A DNA stretch of 64,000 bases, taken from Eledone cirrhosa (lineage: Eukaryota). Location of the stretch: the NCBI GenBank assembly GCA_964016885.1, contig OZ024746.1, positions 64,852,001 through 64,916,000 of the forward strand, given 5' to 3'. The position numbers and the translations under genes were made by a program. The notes below the pieces were generated by a model, which saw only the letters and a list, made by a program, of their open reading frames with translations, had not been told where the DNA came from and did no database searches. This document shows positions 1 to 16,890 of the stretch, piece after piece (positions within the stretch are counted from its first letter, which is position 1; each line of letters opens with the position of its first letter).

Positions 1-3000
1 CTTACATTACCTCATATTCCTCTTACATTACCTCATATTCCTCTTACATTACCTCATATTCCTCTTACCTTACCTCATATTCCTCTTACATTACCTCATA
101 TTCCTCTTACATTACCTCATATTCCTCTTACATTACCTCATATTCCTCTTACATTACCTCATATTCCTCTTACATTACCTCATATTCCTCTTACCTTACC
201 TCATATTCCTCTTACATTACCTCATATTCCTCTTACCTTACCTCATATTCCTCTTACATTACCTCATATTCCTCTTACATTACCTCATATTCCTCTTACA
301 TTACCTCATATTCCTCTTACATTACCTCATATTCCTCTTACCTTAACTCATATTCCTCTTACATTACCTCATATTCCTCTTACATTACCTCATATTCCTC
401 TTACATTACCTCATATTCCTCTTACATTATCTGATATTCCTCTTACGTTATCTCATATTCCTCTTACATTACCTCATATTCCTCTTACATTACCTCATAT
501 TCCTCTTACATTACCTCATATTCCTCTTACATTATCTCATATTCCTCTTACGTTACCTCATATTCCTATTACATTACCTCATATTCCTCTTACATTATCT
601 CATATTTCTCTTACATTACCTCATATTCCTCTTACATTACCTCATATTCCTCTTACATTACCTCATATTCCTCTTACATTACCTCATATTCCTCTTACAT
701 TACCTCATATTCCTCTTACCTTACCTCATATTCCTCTTACATTACCTCATATTCCTCTTACCTTACCTCATATTCCTCTTACATTACCTCATATTCATTA
801 CCTCATATTCCTCTTACATTACCTCATATTCCTCTTACATTACCTCATATTCCTCTTACCTTACCTCATATTCCTCTTACATACCTCATATTCCTCTTAC
901 ATTACCTCATATTCCTCTTACATTACCTCATATTCCTCTTACATTACCTCATATTCCTCTTACATTACCTCATATTCCTCTTACATTATCTCATATTCCT
1001 CTTACATTATCTCATATTCTCTTACATTACCTCATATTCCTCTTACATTACCTCATATTCCTCTTACATTACCTCATATTCCTCTTACCTTATCTCATAT
1101 TCCTCTTACATTACCTCATATTCCTCTTACATTACCTCATATTCCTCTTACATTACCTCATATTCCTCTTACCTTACCTCATATTCCTCTTACATTATCT
1201 CATTTTCCTCTTACATTACCTCATATTCCTCTTACATTACCTCATATTCCTCTTACCTTACCTCATATTCCTCTTACCTTATCTCATATTCCTCTTACAT
1301 TACCTCATGTTACTCTTACATTACCTCATATTCCTCTTACATTACCTCATATTCCTCTTACCTTATCTCATATTCCTCTTACATTACCTCATATTCCTCT
1401 TACATTACCTCATATTCCTCTTACATTACCTCATATTCCTCTTACCTTACCTCATATTCCTCTTACCTTATCTCATATTCCTCTTACATTACCTCATATT
1501 CCTCTTACATTACCTCATATTCCTCTTACATTACCTCATATTCCTCTTACCTTACCTCATATTCCTCTTACCTTATCTCATATTCCTCTTACATTACCTC
1601 ATGTTACTCTTACATTACCTCATATTCCTCTTACATTACCTCATATTCCTCTTACCTTATCTCATATTCCTCTTACATTACCTCATATTCCTCTTACATT
1701 ACCTCATATTCCTCTTACATTACCTCATATTCCTCTTACCTTACCTCATATTCCTCTTACCTTATCTCATATTCCTCTTACATTACCTCATATTCCTCTT
1801 ACATTACCTCATATTCCTCTTACATTACCTCATATTCCTCTTACCTTACCTCATATTCCTCTTACCTTATCTCATATTCCTCTTACATTACCTCATATTC
1901 CTCTTACATTACCTCACATTCCTCTTATCTTACCTCGTATTCCTCTTACCTTATCTCATATTCCTCTTACATTACCTCATATTCCTCTTACATTACCTCA
2001 CATTCCTCTTACATTATCTCATATTCCTCTTACATTACCTCATATTCCTCTTACATTATCTCATATTCCTCTTACATTACCTCATATTCCTCTTACCTTA
2101 CCTCATGTTCTTCTTACATTACCTCATATTCCTCTTACATTGCCTCATATTACTCTTACATTACCTCATATTCCTCTTACATTACCTCATATTCCTTTAA
2201 CATTATCTCACATTCCTCTTACCTTACCTCATATTCCTCTTACCTTACCTCATATTCCTCTTACATTATCTCATATTCCACTTACATTATCTCATATTCC
2301 TCTTACATTACCTCATATTCCTCTTACATTACCTCATATTCCTCTTACATTACCTCATATTCCTCTTACATTACCTCATATTCCTCTTACATTACCTCAT
2401 ATTCCTCTTACATTACCTCATATTCCTCTTACCTTATCTCATATTCCTCTTACCTTACCTTATATTCCTCTTACATTACCTCATGTTACTCTTACATTAC
2501 CTAATATTCTTCTTACATTACCTCATATTCCTCTTACATTATCTCATATTCCTCTTACATTACCTCATATTCCTCTTACCTTACCTCATATTCCTCTTAC
2601 CTTATCTCATATTCCTCTTACATTACCTCATATTCCTCTTACCTTACCTCATATTCCTCTTACCTTATCTCATATTCCTCTTACATTATCTCATATTCCT
2701 CTTACCTTACCTCATATTCCTCTTACATTACCTCATATTCCTCTTACATTATCTCATATTCCTCTTACATTACCTCAAATTCCTCTTACCTTACCTCATA
2801 TTCCTCTTACCTTATCTCATATTCCTCTTACATTACCACATGTTACTCTTACATTACCTCATATTCCTCTTACATTACCTCGTATTCCTCTTACATTACC
2901 TCGTATTCCTCTTACATTACCTCGTATTCCTCTTACCTTACCTAATATTCCTCTTACCTTAACTCATATTCCTCTTACATTACCTCATATTCCTCTTACA

Positions 3001-6000
3001 TTACCTCATATTCCTCTTACATTACCTCACATTCATCTTAAATTATCTCATATTCCTCTTACATTACCTCATATTCCTCTTACATTACCTCATATTCCTC
3101 TTACATTACCTCATATTCCTCTTACATTACCTCATATTCCTCTTACATTACCTCATATTCCTCTTACATTACCTCATATTCCTCTTACATTCCCTCATAT
3201 TCCTCTTACATTACCTCATATTCCTCTTACATTACCTCATATTCCTCTTACATTACCTCATATTCCTCTTACATTCCCTCATATTCCTCTTACATTACCT
3301 CATATTCCTCTTACATTATCTCATATTCCTCTTACATTACCTCATATTCATCTTACATTATCTCATATTCCTCATACATTACCTCATATTCATCTTACAT
3401 TATCTCATATTCCTCTTACATTACCTCATATTCCTCTTACCTTATCTCATATTCCTCTTACATTACCTCATATTCATCTTACATTATCTCATATTCCTCT
3501 TACCTTACCTCATATTCCTCTTACCTTACTTCATATTTCTCTTACATTATCTCATATTCCTCTTACCTTACCTCATATTCCTCTTACCTTACTTCATATT
3601 TCTCTTACATTATCTCATATTCCCCTTACATTACCTCATATTCCTCTTACCTTACCTCATATATCTCTTACATTATCTCATATTCCCCTTACATTACCTC
3701 ATATTCCTCTTACCTTACCTCATATTTCTCTTACATTATCTCATATTCCCCTTACATTACCTCATATTCCTCTTACCTTACCTCATATTTCTCTTACATT
3801 ATCTCATATTCCCCTTACATTACCTCATATTCCTCTTACCTTACCTCATATTCCTCTTACATTACCTCATATTCCTCTTACATTACCTCATATTCCTCTT
3901 CCATTACCTCATATTCCACTTACATTGCCTCATATTCCTCTTACATTACCTCATATTCCTCTTACATTACCTCATATTCCTCTTACATTACCTCATATTC
4001 CTCTTACCTTACCTCATATTCTCTTAACTTACCTCATATTCCTCTTACCTTACCTTATATTCCTCTTACATTACCTCATATTCCTCTTACATTACCTCAT
4101 ATTCCTCTTACATTACCTCATATTCCTCTTACATTATCTCATATTCCTCTTACATTATCTCATATTCCTCTTACATTATCTCATATTCCCCTTACATTAC
4201 CTTATATTCCTCTTACATTACCTCATATTCCTCTTACATTACCTCATATTCCTCTTACATTACCTCATATTCCTCTTACCTTACCTCATATTCTCTTACC
4301 TCACCTCATATTCCTCTTACATTACCTATATTCCTCTTACATTATCTCATATTCCTCTTACCTTACCTCATATTCCTCTTACATTACCTCATATTCCTCT
4401 TATATTACCTCATATTCCTCTTACATTATCTCATATTCCTCTTACCTTACCTTATATTCCTCTTACCTTACCTCATATTCCTCTTACCTTACCTCATATT
4501 CCTCTTACATTACCTCATATTCCTCTTACTTCATATTCCTCTTACCTTACCTTATATTCCTCTTACCTTACCTCATATTCCTCTTACATTATCTCATATT
4601 CCTCTTACTTCATATTCCTCTTACCTTACCTTATATTCCTCTTACCTTACCTTATATTCCTCTTACCTTAACTCATATTCCTCTTACCTTACCTCATATT
4701 CCTCTTACCTTACCTCATATTCCTCTTACATTACCTCATATTCCTCTTACTTCATATTCCTCTTACCTTACCTTATATTCCTCTTACCTTACCTTATATT
4801 CCTCTTACCTTACCTTATATTCCTCTTACCTTACCTCATATTCCTCTTACATTACCTCATATTCCTCTTACTTCATATTCCTCTTACCTTACCTTATATT
4901 CCTCTTACCTTACCTCATATTCCTCTTACATTATCTCATATTCCTCTTACCTTACCTCACATTCCTCTTACATTTACCTCATATTCCTCTTACCTTACCT
5001 CATATTCCTCTTGCCTTACCTTTTATACCTCTTACCTTACCTCATATTCCTCTTACATTACCTCATATACCTCTTACATTACCTCATATTCCTCTTACCT
5101 TACCTCATATTCCTCTTACCTTATCTCATATTCCTCTTACCTTACCTCATATTCCACTTACCTTACCTTATATTCCTATTACCTTATCTTATATTCCTCT
5201 TACATTACCTCATATTCCTCTTACCTTACCTTATATTCCTCTTACCTTATCTTATATTCCTCTTACATTACCTCATATTCCTCTTACCTTACCTTATATT
5301 CCTCTTACCTTACCTTATATTCCTCTTACATTACCTCATATTCCTCTTACATTACCTCATATTCCTCTTACATTACCTTATATTCCACTTACCTTACCTC
5401 ATATTCCTCTTACAATACCTCATATTCCTCTTACATTACCTCATATTCCACTTACCTTACCTCATATTCCTCTTACATTACCTCATATTCCTCTTACATT
5501 ACCTCATATTCCTCTTACCTTACCTCATATTCCTCTTACGTTACCTCATATTCCTCTTACATTACCTTATATTCCTCTTACATTATCTCATATTCCTCTT
5601 ACATTACCTCATATTCCTCTTACGTTACCTCATATTCCTCTTACATTACCTCATATACCTCTTACATTACCTCATATTCCTCTTACCTTACCTCATATTC
5701 CTCTTACATTACCTCATATTCCTCTTACCTTACCTCATATTCCTCTTACATTATCTCATATTCCTCTTACATTACCTCATATTCCTCTTACATTACCTCA
5801 TATTCCACTTACCTTACCTCATATTCCTCATACCTTACCTCATATTCCTCTTACATTACCTCATATTCCTCTTACATTACCTCATATTCCTCTTACCTTA
5901 CCTCATATTCCTCTTACATTACCTCATATTCCTCTTACATTACCTCATATTCCTCTTACATTACCTCATAATCCTTTTACCTTACCTCATATTCCTCTTA

Positions 6001-9000
6001 CCTTACCTTATATTCCTCTTACCTTACCTCATATTCCTCTTACATTACCTCGTATTCCTCTTACCTTATCTCATATTCCTCTTACATTATCACATGTTCC
6101 TCTTACATTACCTCATAATCCTCTTACCTTACCTTATATTCCTCTTACCTTACCTCATATTCCTCTTACATTACCTCATATTCCTTTAACATTATCTCAC
6201 ATTCCTCTTACCTTACCTCATATTCCTCTTACATTACCTCATATTCCTCTTACATTACCTCATATTCCTCTTACATTACCTCATATTCCTCTTACCTTAC
6301 CTCATATTCTTCTTACATTACCTCATATTCCTCTTACATTACCTCATATTCCACTTACCTTACCTCATATTCCTCATACCTTACCTCATATTCCTCTTAC
6401 ATTACCTCATATTCCTCTTACATTACCTCATATTCCTCTTACATTACCTCATATTCCTCTTACCTTACCTCATATTCCTCTTACATTACCTCATATTCCA
6501 CTTACCTTACCTCATATTCCTCATACCTTACCTCATATTCCTCTTACATTACCTCATATTCCACATACATTACCTCATATTCCTCTCACATTACCTCATA
6601 TTCCTCTTACCTTACCTCATATTCCTCTTACATTACCTCATATTCCTCTTACATTACCTCATATTCCTCTTACATTACCTCATAATCCTCTTACCTTACC
6701 TTATATTCCTCATACATTACCTCATATTCCTTTAACATTATCTCACATTCCTCTTACCTTACCTCATATTCCTCTTACATTACCTCATATTCCTCTTACA
6801 TTACCTCATATTCCTCTTACATTACCTCATATTCCTCTTACCTTACCTCATATTCCTCTTACATTACCTCATATTCCACTTATCTTACCTCATATTCCTC
6901 ATACCTTACCTCATATTCCTCTTACATTACCTCATATTCCACATACATTACCTCATATTCCTCTCACATTACCTCATATTCCTCTTACCTTACCTCATAT
7001 TCCACTTACCTTACCTCATATTCCTCTTACATTACCTCATATTCCTCTTACATTACCTCATATTCCTCTTACATTACCTCATATTCCTCTTACATTACCT
7101 CATATTCCTCTTACATTACCTCATATTCCTCTTACCTTACCTTATATTCCTCTTACATTACCTCATATTCCTCTTACATTACCTTATATTCCTCTTACGT
7201 TACCTCATATTCCTCTTACATTACCTCATATTCCTCTTACATTACCTTATATTCCTCTTACGTTACCTCATATTCCTCTTACGTTACCTCATATTCCTCT
7301 TACATTACCTCATATTCCTCTTACATTACCTCATATTCCTCTTACATTACCTCATATTCCTCTTACATTACCTCATATTCCTCTTACATTACCTCATATT
7401 CCTCTTACATTACCTCATATTCCTCTTACCTTACCTTATATTCCTCTTACATTACCTCATATTCCTCTTACATTACCTTATATTCCTCTTACGTTACCTC
7501 ATATTCCTCTTACATTACCTCATATTCCTCTTACCTTACCTCATATTCCTCTTACATTACCTCATATTCCTCTTACATTACCTCATATTCCTCTTACCTT
7601 ACCTTATATTCCTCTTACATTACCTCATATTCCTCTTACATTACCTCATATTCCTCTTACATTACCTCATATTCCTCTTACATTACCTCATATTCCTCTT
7701 ACATTACCTCATATTCCTCTTACCTTACCTTATATTCCTCTTACATTACCTCATATTCCTCTTACATTACCTTATATTCCTCTTACGTTACCTCATATTC
7801 CTCTTACATTACCTCATATTCCTCTTACCTTACCTCATATTCCTCTTACATTACCTCATATTCCTCTTACATTACCTCATATTCCTCTTACCTTACCTTA
7901 TATTCCTCTTACATTACCTCATATTCCTCTTACATTACCTCATATTCCTCTTACATTACCTCATATTCCTCTTACATTACCTCATATTCCTCTTACATTA
8001 CCTCATATTCCTCTTACATTACCTCATATTCCTCTTACATTACCTCATATTCCTCTTACATTACCTCATATTCCTCTTACCTTACCTTATATTCCTCTTA
8101 CCTTACCTCATATTCCTCTTACATTACCTCGTATTCCTCTTACATTACCTCATATTCCTCTTACATTATCACATGTTCCTCTTACATTACCTCATATTCC
8201 TCTTACATTACCTCATATTCCTCTTACATTACCTCATATTCCTCTTACATTACCTCGTATTCCTCTTACCTTATCTCATATTCCTCTTACATTACCTCAT
8301 ATTCCTCTTACATTACCTCACATTCCTCTTATCTTACCTCGTATTCCTCTTACCTTATCTCATATTCCTCTTACATTACCTCATATTCCTCTTACATTAC
8401 CTCACATTCCTCTTATCTTACCTCGTATTCCTCTTACCTTATCTCATATTCCTCTTACCTTATCTCATATTCCTCTTACATTACCTCATATTCCTCTTAC
8501 ATTACCTCATATTCCTCTCACATTACCTCATATTCCTCTTACCTTACCTCATATTCCACTTACCTTACCTCATATTCCTCTTACATTACCTCATATTCCT
8601 CTTACCTTATCTCATATTCCTCTTACATTACCTCATATTCCTCTTACATTACCTCATATTCCTCTTACATTACCTCATATTCCTCTTACATTACCTCACA
8701 TTCCTCTTATCTTACCTCGTATTCCTCTTACCTTATCTCATATTCCTCTTACATTACCTCATATTCCTCTTACATTACCTCATATTCCTCTTACATTACC
8801 TCATATTCCTCTTACATTACCTCATATTCCTCTTACATTACCTCATATTCCTCTTACCTTATCTCATATTCCTCTTACATTACCTCATATTCCTCTTACA
8901 TTACCTCATATTCCTCTTACATTACCTCATATTCCTCTTACATTACCTCATATTCCTCTTACATTACCTCATATTCCTCTTACATTACCTCATATTCCTC

Positions 9001-12000
9001 TTACATTACCTCACATTCCTCTTATCTTACCTCGTATTCCTCTTACCTTATCTCATATTCCTCTTACATTACCTCATATTCCTCTTACATTACCTCATAT
9101 TCCTCTTACATTACCTCATATTCCTCTTACATTACCTCATATTCCTCTTACATTACCTCACATTCCTCTTATCTTACCTCATATTCCTCTTACCTTATCT
9201 CATATTCCTCTTACATTACCTCATATTCCTCTTACATTACCTCACATTCCTCTTATCTTACCTCGTATTCCTCTTACCTTATCTCATATTCCTCTTACAT
9301 TACCTCATATTCCTCTTACATTACCTCATATTCCTCTTACATTACCTCATATTCCTCTTACATTACCTCATATTCCTCTTACATTACCTCACATTCCTCT
9401 TATCTTACCTCATATTCCTCTTACCTTATCTCATATTCCTCTTACATTACCTCATATTCCTCTTACATTACCTCATATTCCTCTTACATTACCTCATATT
9501 CCTCTTACATTACCTCATATTCCTCTTACATTACCTCATATTCCTCTTACATTACCTCATATTCCTCTTACATTACCTCACATTCCTCTTATCTTACCTC
9601 GTATTCCTCTTACCTTATCTCATATTCCTCTTACATTACCTCATATTCCTCTTACATTACCTCATATTCCTCTTACATTACCTCATATTCCTCTTACATT
9701 ACCTCATATTCCTCTTACATTACCTCATATTCCTCTTACATTACCTCATATTCCTCTTACATTACCTCACATTCCTCTTATCTTACCTCGTATTCCTCTT
9801 ACCTTATCTCATATTCCTCTTACATTACCTCATATTCCTCTTACATTACCTCATATTCCTCTTACATTACCTCATATTCCTCTTACATTACCTCATATTC
9901 CTCTTACATTACCTCATATTCCTCTTACCTTACCTCATATTCCTCTTACATTACCTCACATTCCTCTTATCTTACCTCGTATTCCTCTTACCTTACCTCA
10001 TATTCCTCTTACATTACCTCATATTCCTCTTACATTACCTCATATTCCTCTTACATTACCTCACATTCCTCTTATCTTACCTCATATTCCTCTTACATTA
10101 CCTCACATTCCTCTTACCTTACCTCATATTCCTCTTACATTACCTCACATTCCTCTTACCTTACCTCATATTCCTCTTACATTACCTCACATTCCTCTTA
10201 CCTTACCTCATATTCCTCTTACATTACCTCACATTCCTCTTATCTTACCTCGTATTCCTCTTACATTACCTCATATTCCTCTTACATTACCTCACATTCC
10301 TCTTATCTTACCTCGTATTCCTCTTACCTTATCTCATATTCCTCTTACATTACCTCATATTCCTCTTACATTACCTCACATTCCTCTTATCTTACCTCGT
10401 ATTCCTCTTACCTTATCTCATATTCCTCTTACATTACCTCATATTCCTCTTACATTACCTCATATTCCTCTTACATTACCTCATATTCCTCTTACATTAC
10501 CTCATATTCCTCTTACATTACCTCATATTCCTCTTACCTTATCTCATATTCCTCTTACATTACCTCATATTCCTCTTACATTACCTCATATTCCTCTTAC
10601 ATTACCTCATATTCCTCTTACATTACCTCATATTCCTCTTACATTACCTCATATTCCTCTTACCTTACCTCATATTCCTCTTACATTACCTCACATTCCT
10701 CTTATCTTACCTCGTATTCCTCTTACCTTATCTCATATTCCTCTTACATTACCTCATATTCCTCTTACATTACCTCATATTCCTCTTACATTACCTCATA
10801 TTCCTCTTACATTACCTCACATTCCTCTTATCTTACCTCGTATTCCTCTTACCTTACCTCATATTCCTCTTACATTACCTCATATTCCTCTTACATTACC
10901 TCATATTCCTCTTACATTACCTCACATTCCTCTTATCTTACCTCATATTCCTCTTACATTACCTCACATTCCTCTTACCTTACCTCATATTCCTCTTACA
11001 TTACCTCACATTCCTCTTACCTTACCTCATATTCCTCTTACATTACCTCACATTCCTCTTATCTTACCTCGTATTCCTCTTACCTTATCTCATATTCCTC
11101 TTACATTACCTCACATTCCTCTTACCTTACCTCATATTCCTCTTACATTACCTCACATTCCTCTTACATTACCTCATATTCCTCTTACATTACCTCACAT
11201 TCCTCTTACCTTACCTCATATTCCTCTTACATTACCTCACATTCCTCTTACATTACCTCATATTCCTCTTACATTACCTCGTATTCCTCTTACCTTATCT
11301 CATATTCCTCTTACATTACCTCACATTCCTCTTATCTTACCTCGTATTCCTCTTACCTTATCTCATATTCCTCTTACATTACCTCATATTCCTCTTACAT
11401 TACCTCACATTCCTCTTATCTTACCTCGTATTCCTCTTACCTTATCTCATATTCCTCTTACATTACCTCATATTCCTCTTACATTACCTCACATTCCTCT
11501 TATCTTACCTCGTATTCCTCTTACCTTATCTCATATTCCTCTTACATTACCTCATATTCCTCTTACATTACCTCACATTCCTCTTATCTTACCTCGTATT
11601 CCTCTTACCTTATCTCATATTCCTCTTACATTACCTCATATTCCTCTTACATTACCTCACATTCCTCTTATCTTACCTCGTATTCCTCTTACCTTATCTC
11701 ATATTCCTCTTACATTATCACATGTTCCTCTTACATTACCTCATATTCCTCTTACATTACCTCGTATTCCTCTTACCTTATCTCATATTCCTCTTACATT
11801 ACCTCATATTCCTCTTACATTACCTCACATTCCTCTTATCTTACCTCGTATTCCTCTTACCTTATCTCATATTCCTCTTACATTACCTCATATTCCTCTT
11901 ACATTACCTCATATTCCCCTTACATTACCTCATATTCCTCTTACATTACCTCATATTCTTCTTACATTACCTCACATTCCTCTTACCTTATCTCATATTC

Positions 12001-15000
12001 CTCTTACATTACCTCATATTCCTCTTACATTACCTCATATTCCTCTTACATTACCTCATATTCCTCTTACATTACCTCATATTCCTCTTACATTACCTCA
12101 TATTCCTCTTACATTACCTCATATTCCTCTTACATTATCTCATATTCCTCTTACATTACCTCATATTCCTCTTACATTACCTCACATTCCTCTTATCTTA
12201 CCTCGTATTCCTCTTACATTACCTCACATTCCTCTTACCTTACCTCACATTCCTCTTATCTTACCTCGTATTCCTCTTACATTACCTCACATTCCTCTTA
12301 CCTTACCTCACATTCCTCTTATCTTACCTCGTATTCCTCTTACATTACCTCATATTCCTCTTACATTACCTCATATTCCTTTTACATTACCTCATATACC
12401 TCTTACATTACCTCATATTCCTTTTACATTACCTCATATTCCTCTTACATTACCTCATATTCCTCTTACATTACCTCATATTCCTCTGACATTACCTCAT
12501 ATTCCTCTTACATTACCTCATATACCTCTTACATTACCTCATATTCCTCTTACCTTACCTCATATTCCTCTTACATTATCTCATATTCCTCTTACCTTAC
12601 CTCACATTCCTCTTACATTTACCTCACATTCCTCTTACATTTACCTCATATTCCTCTTACCTTACCTTATATACCTCTTACCTTACCTCATATTCCTCTT
12701 ACATTATCTCATATTCCTCTTACATTATCTCATATTCCTCTTACATTATCTCATATTCCTCTTACCTTATCTTATATTCCTCTTACCTTACCTCAGATTC
12801 CTCTTACCTTACCTTATATACCTCTTACCTTACCTCATATTCCTCTTACATTATCTCATATTCCTCTTACATTATCTCATATTCCTCTTACATTACCTCA
12901 TATTCCTCTTACATTACCTCATATTCCTCTTACATTACCTCATATTCCACTTACCTTACCTTATATTCCTATTACCTTATCTTATATTCCTCTTACATTA
13001 CCTCATATTCCTCTTACGTTACCTCATATTCCACTTACCTTACCTCATATTCCTCTTACAATACGTCATATTCCTCTTACATTACCTCATATTCCACTTA
13101 CCTTACCTCATATTCCTCTTACATTACCTCATATTCCTCTTACATTACCTCATATTCCTCTTACCTTACCTCATATTCCTCTTACATTACCTCATATTCC
13201 TCTTACATTACCTTATATTCCTCTTACATTATCTCATATTCCTCTTACATTACCTCATATTCCTCTTACCTTACCTCATATTCCTCTTACATTACCTCAT
13301 ATACCTCTTACATTACCTCATATTCCTCTTACCTTACCTCATATTCCTCTTACATTACCTCATATTCCTCTTACCTTACCTCATATTCCTCTTACATTAC
13401 CTCATATTCCTCTTACATTACCTCATATTCCACTTACCTTACCTCATATTCCTCATATCTTACCTCATATTCCTCTTACATTACCTCATATTCCTCTTAC
13501 ATTACCTCATATTCCTCTTATATTACCTCATATTCCTCTTACCTTACCTCATATTCCTCTTACATTACCTCATATTCCTTTAACATTATCTCATATTCCT
13601 CTTACATTACCTCATATTCCTCTTACCTTACCTCATATTCGTCTTACATTACCTCATATTCCTCTTACATTACCTCATATTCCTCTTACCTTACCTCATA
13701 TTCCTCTTACATTACCTCATATTCCTCTTACATTACCTCATATTCCTCTTACCTTACCTCATATTCCTCTTACATTATATCATATTCCTCTTACATTACC
13801 TCATATTCCTCTTACCTTACCTCATATTCCTCTTACATTATCTCATATTCCCCTTACATTACCTCATATTCCTCTTACATTATCTCATATTCCTCTTACC
13901 TTACCTCATATTCCTCTTACCTTACCTTATATTCCTCTTACCTTACCTCATATTCCTCTTACCTTACCTCATATTCCTCTTACCTTACCTCATATTTCTC
14001 TTACCTTACCTTATATTCCTCTTACCTTACCTCATATTCCTCTTACCTTACCTCATATTCCTCTTGCCTTACCTTATATTCCTCTTACATTACCTCATAT
14101 TCCTCTTACCTTACCTCATATTCCTCTTACCTTACCTTATATTCCTCTTACCTTACCTCATATTCCTCTTACCTTACCTCATATTCCTCTTACATTACCT
14201 CGTATTCCTCTTACCTTATCTCATATTCCTCTTACATTATCACATGTTCCTCTTACATTACCTCATATTCCTCTTACATTACCTCGTATTCCTCTTACCT
14301 TATCTCATATTCCTCTTACATTACCTCATATTCCTCTTACATTACCTCATATTCCTCTTACATTACCTCACATTCCTCTTATCTTACCTCGTATTCCTCT
14401 TACCTTATCTCATATTCCTCTTACATTACCTCATATTCCTCTTACATTACCTCATATTCCTCTTACATTACCTCATATTCCTCTTACATTACCTCATATT
14501 CTTCTTACATTACCTCACATTCCTCTTACCTTACCTCATATTCCTCTTACATTACCTCATATTCCTCTTACATTATCTCATATTCCTCTTACATTACCTC
14601 ATATTCCTCTTACATTACCTCATATTCCTCTTACATTACCTCACATTCCTCTTATCTTACCTCGTATTCCTCTTACATTACCTCACATTCCTCTTACCTT
14701 ACCTCACATTCCTCTTATCTTACCTCGTATTCCTCTTACATTACCTCATATTCCTCTTACATTACCTCATATTCCTCTTACATTACCTCATATTCCTCTT
14801 ACATTACCTCATATTCCTTTTACATTACCTCATATTCCTCTTACATTACCTCATATTCCTCTTACATTTCCTCATATTCCTCTTACATTACCTCATATTC
14901 CTCTTACATTACCTCATATTCCTTTTATATAACCTCATATTCCTCTTACATTACCTCATATACCTCTTACATTACCTCATATTCCTCTTACCTTACCTCA

Positions 15001-15862
15001 TATTCCTCTTACGTTATCTCATATTCCTCTTACCTTATCTCATATTCCTCTTACCTTACCTCACATTCCTCTTACCTTACCTCATATTCCTCTTACATTA
15101 CCTCATATTCCTCTTACATTACCTCATATTCCTCTTACATTACCTCATATTCCTCTTACATTACCTCATATACCTCTTACATTACCTCATATTCCTCTTA
15201 CCTTACCTCATATTCCTCTTACCTTATCTCATATTCCTCTTACCTTACCTCATATTCCTCTTACATTACCTCACATTCCTCTTACCTTATCTCATATTCC
15301 TCTTACATTATCTCGTATTCCTCTTACATTACCTCATATTCCTCTTACATTACCTCATATTACTCTTACATTACCTCATATTCCTCTTACATTATCTCAT
15401 ATTCCTCTTACATTACCTCATATTCCTCTTACAGTACCTCATATTCCTCTTACCTTACCTCATATTCCTCTTACATTACCTCATATTCCTCTTACATTAC
15501 CTCATATTCCTCTTACAGTACCTCATATTCCTCTTACCTTACCTCATATTCCTCTTACAGTACCTCATATTCCTCTTACATTACCTCATATTCCTCTTAC
15601 AGTACCTCATATTCCTCTTACCTTACCTCATATTCCTCTTACATTATCTCATATTCCTCTTACATTACCTCATATTCCTCTTACATTACCTCATATTCCT
15701 CTTACATTACCTCATATTCCTCTTACCTTACCTCATATTCCTCTTACATTACCTCATATTCATCTTACATTACCTCATATTCCTCTTACATTACCTCATA
15801 TACCTCTTACATTACCTCATATTCCTCTTACATTACCTCATATTCCTCTTACATTATCTCAT
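1..15862. repeat. 21-bp satellite array, consensus CCTCATATTCCTCTTACATTA, ~755 monomers; runs off the left edge
   Basis: Direct tandem periodicity. The LLHYLIF, PHIPLTL and SYSSYIT heptad ORFs are the three frames of the monomer. Array ends at ...acattatctcat|gtttcatt. Confidence 0.98.
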
Positions 15863-15989
15863 GTTTCATTTTCTAAGATGATAAGAGAAAGGTTTGAGGA
15901 AGATTGGGCTGCTATTTTTAACAATTCAATTGTCTACATCATCTGCCTAGTTTACTACAACAACACATGTATTTTAAGATCATTTTCCC

Positions 15990-16640
15990 TGGCAAGCTTC
16001 TCCATTTTGCCGTATGACCTGCATATATCCTCGCCAATCTCTGGCCTTCATTTCATTCTTCATCACTTTTATCCATATCTTTCTTGTCCATCCTCTTCCT
16101 TCCACTTTCTTCCACATTCATTTCTATCATTTTCGTCCTTCTATAACACAAGACCCAACCATATCATTACATTTCTTTTCAGAGCATTCATATCTGGCTC
16201 TATTCCCATCATTGTTTCTCTTCCTCTCTCTTAATGGTACTTCATCCCCCAAACCATTCTTTTAGTTCTGTTCTTCCCAGCCTTCTCTGTTGTTCAGTAT
16301 TTGTCAACCATGTTTCACTCCCATTAATTATGACACTTATTTCACACATGCAACATTCAGCTTTCCCTTCAGTTTCAGCATTATTTCCCTCTTCATTAGC
16401 ACATGTCTCTGTCTCTGGAATTTCTTTCATGCACATCTCAACCTAGCTACTGTTGCGAAGTCCAATTTACTTTCTCTATTCAATATTCCTTCTAGGCAAC
16501 AGGCATTTCCTCACCTTCCATTTTCACACTACTCCTAAAATTCAGCTTAACATCTTTTCCAAATGCAGCTCTCTTCATGCACACCTTACACTGGAGTGTA
16601 GTGGCCACATTATTTAATAATCCTTTCTGTCTTTCTCATT
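15990..16640 (-). pseudogene. Old degraded RTE-type LINE fragment (C-terminal part of ORF)
   Basis: Minus-strand frames give ATVARLRCA*KKF..LKLKGKL, GSETWLTNTEQQRRLGRTE, LKRNVMIWLGLVL*KDEND and KVEGRGWTRKIW. These are collinear with [29 protein letters not shown] and GRPRKTW of ORF 21676-22896, with stops and frameshifts. Confidence 0.8.
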
Positions 16641-16769
16641 TACTCTCAAGTGGAAATATATAAATAATACTGTGTCCAAAAGTAAAATATTTTGTTATGA
16701 CAAAACCTGCACCTTTGATGAATTGTAGTGCACCTGAGCACTGTACACAATTTTCATCATTATTATAAG

Positions 16770-16890
16770 TAGGCATGACTGTGTAAAACATTTCCAGGTT
16801 CTTGGGAAAGAGCTTTCTATTGTAGTTTCATGTTGATCAATACTTTGTGAGTGGGATTTGGTTGAAAGAAACTGTGTGGAAACCCGTTGA
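16770..16890 (+). mobile_element. Degraded SINE fragment (octopus-type, probably tRNA-derived)
   Basis: cttgggaaagagctttctattgtag...ttgtgagtgggatttggttgaaagaaactg resembles my recollection of a common octopus SINE body. Not verified by search. Confidence 0.45.

Noticed and set aside
1-15862. Telomeric repeat
   Set aside because: The monomer contains no TTAGGG/TTAGG array; only the strand asymmetry is similar.
1307-15881. Long LLHYLIF / PHIPLTL ORFs (up to 1438 aa)
   Set aside because: Translation of a stop-free 21-bp monomer. Frames shift at indels and there are no unique domains.
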